Assembly: GCA_964247135.1 (NCBI GenBank)
Contig: CAXTTL010000179.1
Span: 1-10,135 of the forward strand
DNA: 10,135 nt
Source of the DNA: an uncultured Deinococcales bacterium
Lineage (GTDB): Bacteria; Deinococcota; Deinococci; Deinococcales; JAAFIG01
Reading direction: 5' to 3'
Position 1 is the stretch's first letter. Every line of letters begins with the position of its first letter. Positions 7,283-10,135 of this stretch are shown piece by piece. The notes beneath the pieces are model-generated. The model was given only the letters and a program-made list of their open reading frames with translations. It made no database searches and had not been told where the DNA came from. The position numbers were made by a program, and so were the translations under genes.

Positions 7283-8980
7283 GTGACCAAAGCCATGAGA
7301 CTCGAGGTTTCCACAACCCGTCCAAACCCAGCAACTCGAGCTTCAAAAGGTTCGGTGCTCGAGGTTGTATCAAAACGGCTTGGACGCGGCAAATTGGGCA
7401 TTCAGGTGCGTTTGTTTTTGTTGCAGGCGGTGGTCGTCTTGGTGCTGACTTTGGCGCTGGCAATCGTGCAGGGCGTGGTGCTCGAGCGTTCGATTCAGCG
7501 CGATTATGGCGAACGGGCGCTGGGCATCTCGAGGTTGGTCGCCACCATGCCGGATTTGGTGGACGCCATCGAGCATTCAAACCATCCGAGCGCGAGCATA
7601 AATCCACTCGCCAATCGAATTCGTGGTTTGGTGGGAGCAGATTTTATTGTGGTCGGCGATGTTCACGGGATTCGTTTGTCGCACCCGAATCCCGCCAAAC
7701 TTGGGCATTCGATGTACGACAGCGCCGAACCTCGAGCCGACACCGATCAACCCCTGGCGGGCGTTGAGATCATCAGCATCGCCAAGGGCGGTCTAGGCGT
7801 TTCGATTCGCGGTAAAGTTCCGATTTTCAACGCTCAAAAACACGTGATTGGTCTGGTCTCGACGGGTTATTTGTTGCCAGGAATCCAACAAATTGCAGCT
7901 CGGGTCAGCAGTTCGATCTATCCGTGGTTCGGTTTGGCGCTCGGACTCGCGTTGCTCTCGAGCATCATCATTGCACGGCGTTTCAAACTTGAAATGCTCA
8001 ACCTCGAGCCTGAACAGATTTCGGCGTTGGTGCTCGAGCACCGTGCGGTACTCAGCGCACTTCAAGAGGGCGTTTTGGTGCTTGACGCCGCTGGAAAGGT
8101 TTTGCTCGCCAACCCTCGAGCCGCACAAATGCTTGATTTGCAAGAATCAGAACACGTTTCAATCTCGAGCCTCTGGGCAGAGCTGTTCGAGTCGGGTTTG
8201 CTTGCCAACTCGAGTCAGGCGCAAAATCAAGCGCTGCGCTTAAACGGGCTCCCCGTCTTGGTCAACGTCCTAGAGGCGGCAGACGGGCGGCGCGTGGTGA
8301 CGTTTAGGGACCGCGCAGAGATCACGCAGATTGCTGAGGAACTCACCCAAACGCGCCAGTATTCCGATCTCTTGCGGGCGCAAACCCACGAGTTCATGAA
8401 TCGTCTGCACACCATCTCGGGTTTGATTCAACTCGAACGTAAAGATGATGCCCTCAATTTGATTCACCTCGAGTCCGAACGCGCCCGCGTGATGAGAGAT
8501 TTGATCTCCGAGATTCAAGTGCCGCACCTCGCAGCCTTGATTATTGGCAAGGTCGAACGCGCCCGAGAGTTGGGCGTACATTTTGGACTCGAGCCTGGAG
8601 CGAACCTTGGCAGCGAATGGACGGCGTTGGCGGCAGATGTGCTCGTGCCTGTGATTGGCAACCTTATCGAAAATGCGTTTGAATCGGTGCTCGAGACTTC
8701 CAAAAATCCCAGCGTCACCCTTGCCATCGGCACTGACCCTGAAGGCTTGCAACTCGAGGTGATCGACAACGGCGCTGGTGTTCCAGAATCCTCAAGGCAA
8801 CACATATTCGAGCCTGGATTCTCGAGCCACGGCGCAACTCGAGGCTTAGGATTGGCTATGGTAAAACAGCACGTCAACGCCCTTGGCGGAAGTGTTACCT
8901 GCTTTGAACGCGCCAGCAAAACCGTGTTTCAAGTCAGTTTGCCACACTCGAGCCTTGCTCCTTTGAGAGCCGCCTCATGA
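7283..8980 (+). CDS. CitA/DcuS-family sensor histidine kinase, probably citrate/tricarboxylate sensing
   Basis: TM1, then a single Cache sensor domain (RLSHPNP...GLGVSIRGKVP), TM2 and a PAS-like region (LQEGVLVLDAAGKVLLAN). H-box LRAQTHEFMNRLHTISGL, N-box GNLIENAFE, G1 DNGAG, F-box IFEPGFS, G2 GLGL. Start uncertain: GTG 7283, ATG 7295 or GTG 7355. Confidence 0.93.
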   Translation: MTKAMRLEVSTTRPNPATRASKGSVLEVVSKRLGRGKLGIQVRLFLLQAVVVLVLTLALAIVQGVVLERSIQRDYGERALGISRLVATMPDLVDAIEHSNHPSASINPLANRIRGLVGADFIVVGDVHGIRLSHPNPAKLGHSMYDSAEPRADTDQPLAGVEIISIAKGGLGVSIRGKVPIFNAQKHVIGLVSTGYLLPGIQQIAARVSSSIYPWFGLALGLALLSSIIIARRFKLEMLNLEPEQISALVLEHRAVLSALQEGVLVLDAAGKVLLANPRAAQMLDLQESEHVSISSLWAELFESGLLANSSQAQNQALRLNGLPVLVNVLEAADGRRVVTFRDRAEITQIAEELTQTRQYSDLLRAQTHEFMNRLHTISGLIQLERKDDALNLIHLESERARVMRDLISEIQVPHLAALIIGKVERARELGVHFGLEPGANLGSEWTALAADVLVPVIGNLIENAFESVLETSKNPSVTLAIGTDPEGLQLEVIDNGAGVPESSRQHIFEPGFSSHGATRGLGLAMVKQHVNALGGSVTCFERASKTVFQVSLPHSSLAPLRAAS

Positions 8981-9669
8981 GCCTCGAGCCTTCCAAACCA
9001 ACCCGCGTTATCCTGATCGAAGATGACCCTTGGGTGATGCTGCTCAACCGCCAAATGCTCGAGTCAGAAACCGATTTTTGTGTGGTTGGCGAAGCCGAAA
9101 CCGTGAAACGTGGCTTGGCAATTGCCAAAACGCTCGAGCCAGATTTGCTGCTGGTGGATGTCTTCCTTCCCGATGGCAGCGGTCTGGAATTGGTGCATCA
9201 ACTGCGCAGCGAAAACCTGCCGTTTGAAGCGATCATGATTACCGCCGCCAACGACCTTGAAAGTGTACAACGCGCCCTGCGTGATGGAGCGCTCGATTAC
9301 TTGATCAAACCGTTTCAGCAAAGTCGCCTTCGCCTGGCGCTCGAGCGATTCCGAACGCGTGAATCCATGACCCAAAAGGACAAGCAATTCACGCAATTCA
9401 AACTGGATCGCCTGCTCGGTCAAACCAGCGAACGACTGCCCAAAGGTGTGGATGCCACCACCCTTGAGCAAGTCCAGAATTCGCTGTTAACCGCCACTGA
9501 GCCTTTAAGCGCCGAAGAACTCGGCGTTCAGGTGGGTTTGAGCCGTGTCACCGCCTGGCGCTATCTCGAGCATTTAAGAACCACTGGCGTTGTGACGCTT
9601 GAGGTGGCGCATGGGACGGTCGGCAGACCTTCAAAACGATATGGTTTGGTGAAACGGATTAAGAATTAA
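8977..9669 (+). CDS. CitB/DcuR-family response regulator
   Basis: Receiver domain (LIEDD, LLLVDVFLPDGSG, ITAA, DYLIKPF), LPKGVDATTL linker and C-terminal HTH LSAEELGVQVGLSRVTAWRYLEHL...VGRPSKRY. ATGA overlap with the kinase stop. Confidence 0.95.
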   Translation: MSLEPSKPTRVILIEDDPWVMLLNRQMLESETDFCVVGEAETVKRGLAIAKTLEPDLLLVDVFLPDGSGLELVHQLRSENLPFEAIMITAANDLESVQRALRDGALDYLIKPFQQSRLRLALERFRTRESMTQKDKQFTQFKLDRLLGQTSERLPKGVDATTLEQVQNSLLTATEPLSAEELGVQVGLSRVTAWRYLEHLRTTGVVTLEVAHGTVGRPSKRYGLVKRIKN

Positions 9670-9735
9670 ACCATTTACCAGTAAGTCGTCTATTTGATCG
9701 GGATACTTTCAAGATTTTTGAGGAATTAATAGAAT

Positions 9736-9891
9736 TACAGTGATTTTGGCATTGGTTGAGAATCATACGATATACCCACAACCCGCGAACCAAGAACACG
9801 CCAGCACTTCACCAATCAACCTTTTACCACGACCAATCGCATCCACCAACGCCCGCCGAGAACGCACTCCAACACCAGGGAAGACAACGAT
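9736..9891 (-). mobile_element. Probable IS630-family remnant: transposase C-terminus plus right terminal repeat
   Basis: Minus-strand frame 9891-9763 reads IVVFPGVGVRSRRALVDAIGRGKRLIGEVLACSWFAGCGYIV*, resembling the IS630 transposase C-terminal pattern (R..L..AI..........WF..CGY*). It is followed by ...AAAATCACTG-TA, i.e. a terminal repeat next to a TA target. No start codon or DDE core is present. Confidence 0.6.
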
Positions 9892-10115
9892 TCATGACAA
9901 ATGACTCTTCCGCAAGTTGTGTGAGTGATTTCAGCCGTTCCCCAAAGTTGAGATGCAACCTGAAACAAGTGGTCAGCAGGGCTACAGCGTAAAAGACGGC
10001 TTGTCGAGCAGGCTTCGGGGAACACACACTGGTGGAGGGCGTTCTCTGGGAAACTACTTAAAACTAGATTAAATCGGATGTACTGACTCCTGCAATTTTA
10101 GCTTAATATAAGACC

Positions 10116-10135
10116 ATGCCTTGGACACCATCAAA
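10116..10135 (+). CDS. Possible start of a leaderless gene running off the window (MPWTPS...)
   Basis: TAATAT (10104-10109) lies 6 nt before ATG 10116 with no Shine-Dalgarno. Only 6 codons are visible. Confidence 0.3.

Larger units (their letters stand above)
44..9570. repeat. Highly iterated palindrome CTCGAG, dispersed (70 copies by manual count)
   Basis: Copies at e.g. 44, 269, 290, 338, 512, 617, 660, 703 ... 8821, 8838, 8947, 8983, 9058, 9133, 9340, 9565. About 2.5-3 would be expected in 10.1 kb. Confidence 0.95.

Noticed and set aside
44-9570. CTCGAG copies as a CRISPR array, tandem repeat or cloning artefact
   Set aside because: Spacing is irregular, there is no longer conserved unit, and reading frames and protein motifs run intact through the sites.
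9670-9735. Intrinsic terminator after the response regulator (also sought after 4091)
   Set aside because: No GC-rich stem followed by a U tract was found at either position.
9923-9953. GAGTGATTTC...GTTGAGA, partly similar to the IS end at 9738-9761
   Set aside because: It is in the same orientation rather than inverted, needs a 7-bp gap and has no flanking TA.
9756-10027. Three short ORFs (78, 69 and 67 aa) in the tail
   Set aside because: No RBS or family motifs. They overlap the IS630-like frame, which is the better explanation.

Overview
A bacterial window (roughly mid-50s % GC by eye) with eight co-directional + strand genes in two blocks. Block 1 (<2-4091) is a MacB/LolD-type ABC system: two tandem ATPases and one 907-aa double-FtsX-domain permease. 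Block 2 (4486-9669) is a NitT/TauT-type ABC importer (binding protein, ATPase, permease) followed by a CitA/CitB-family two-component system whose sensor keeps the citrate-binding residues. The tail holds a probable IS630 transposase remnant with its terminal repeat. The strongest unexplained signal is compositional. By manual count the palindrome CTCGAG occurs 70 times (about 3 expected), in all three codon phases and in intergenic DNA, like a HIP1-style highly iterated palindrome. GGCC is almost absent (1 seen) and CCGG is depleted. A Deinococcota-like host is only an inference from promoter style and gene content.
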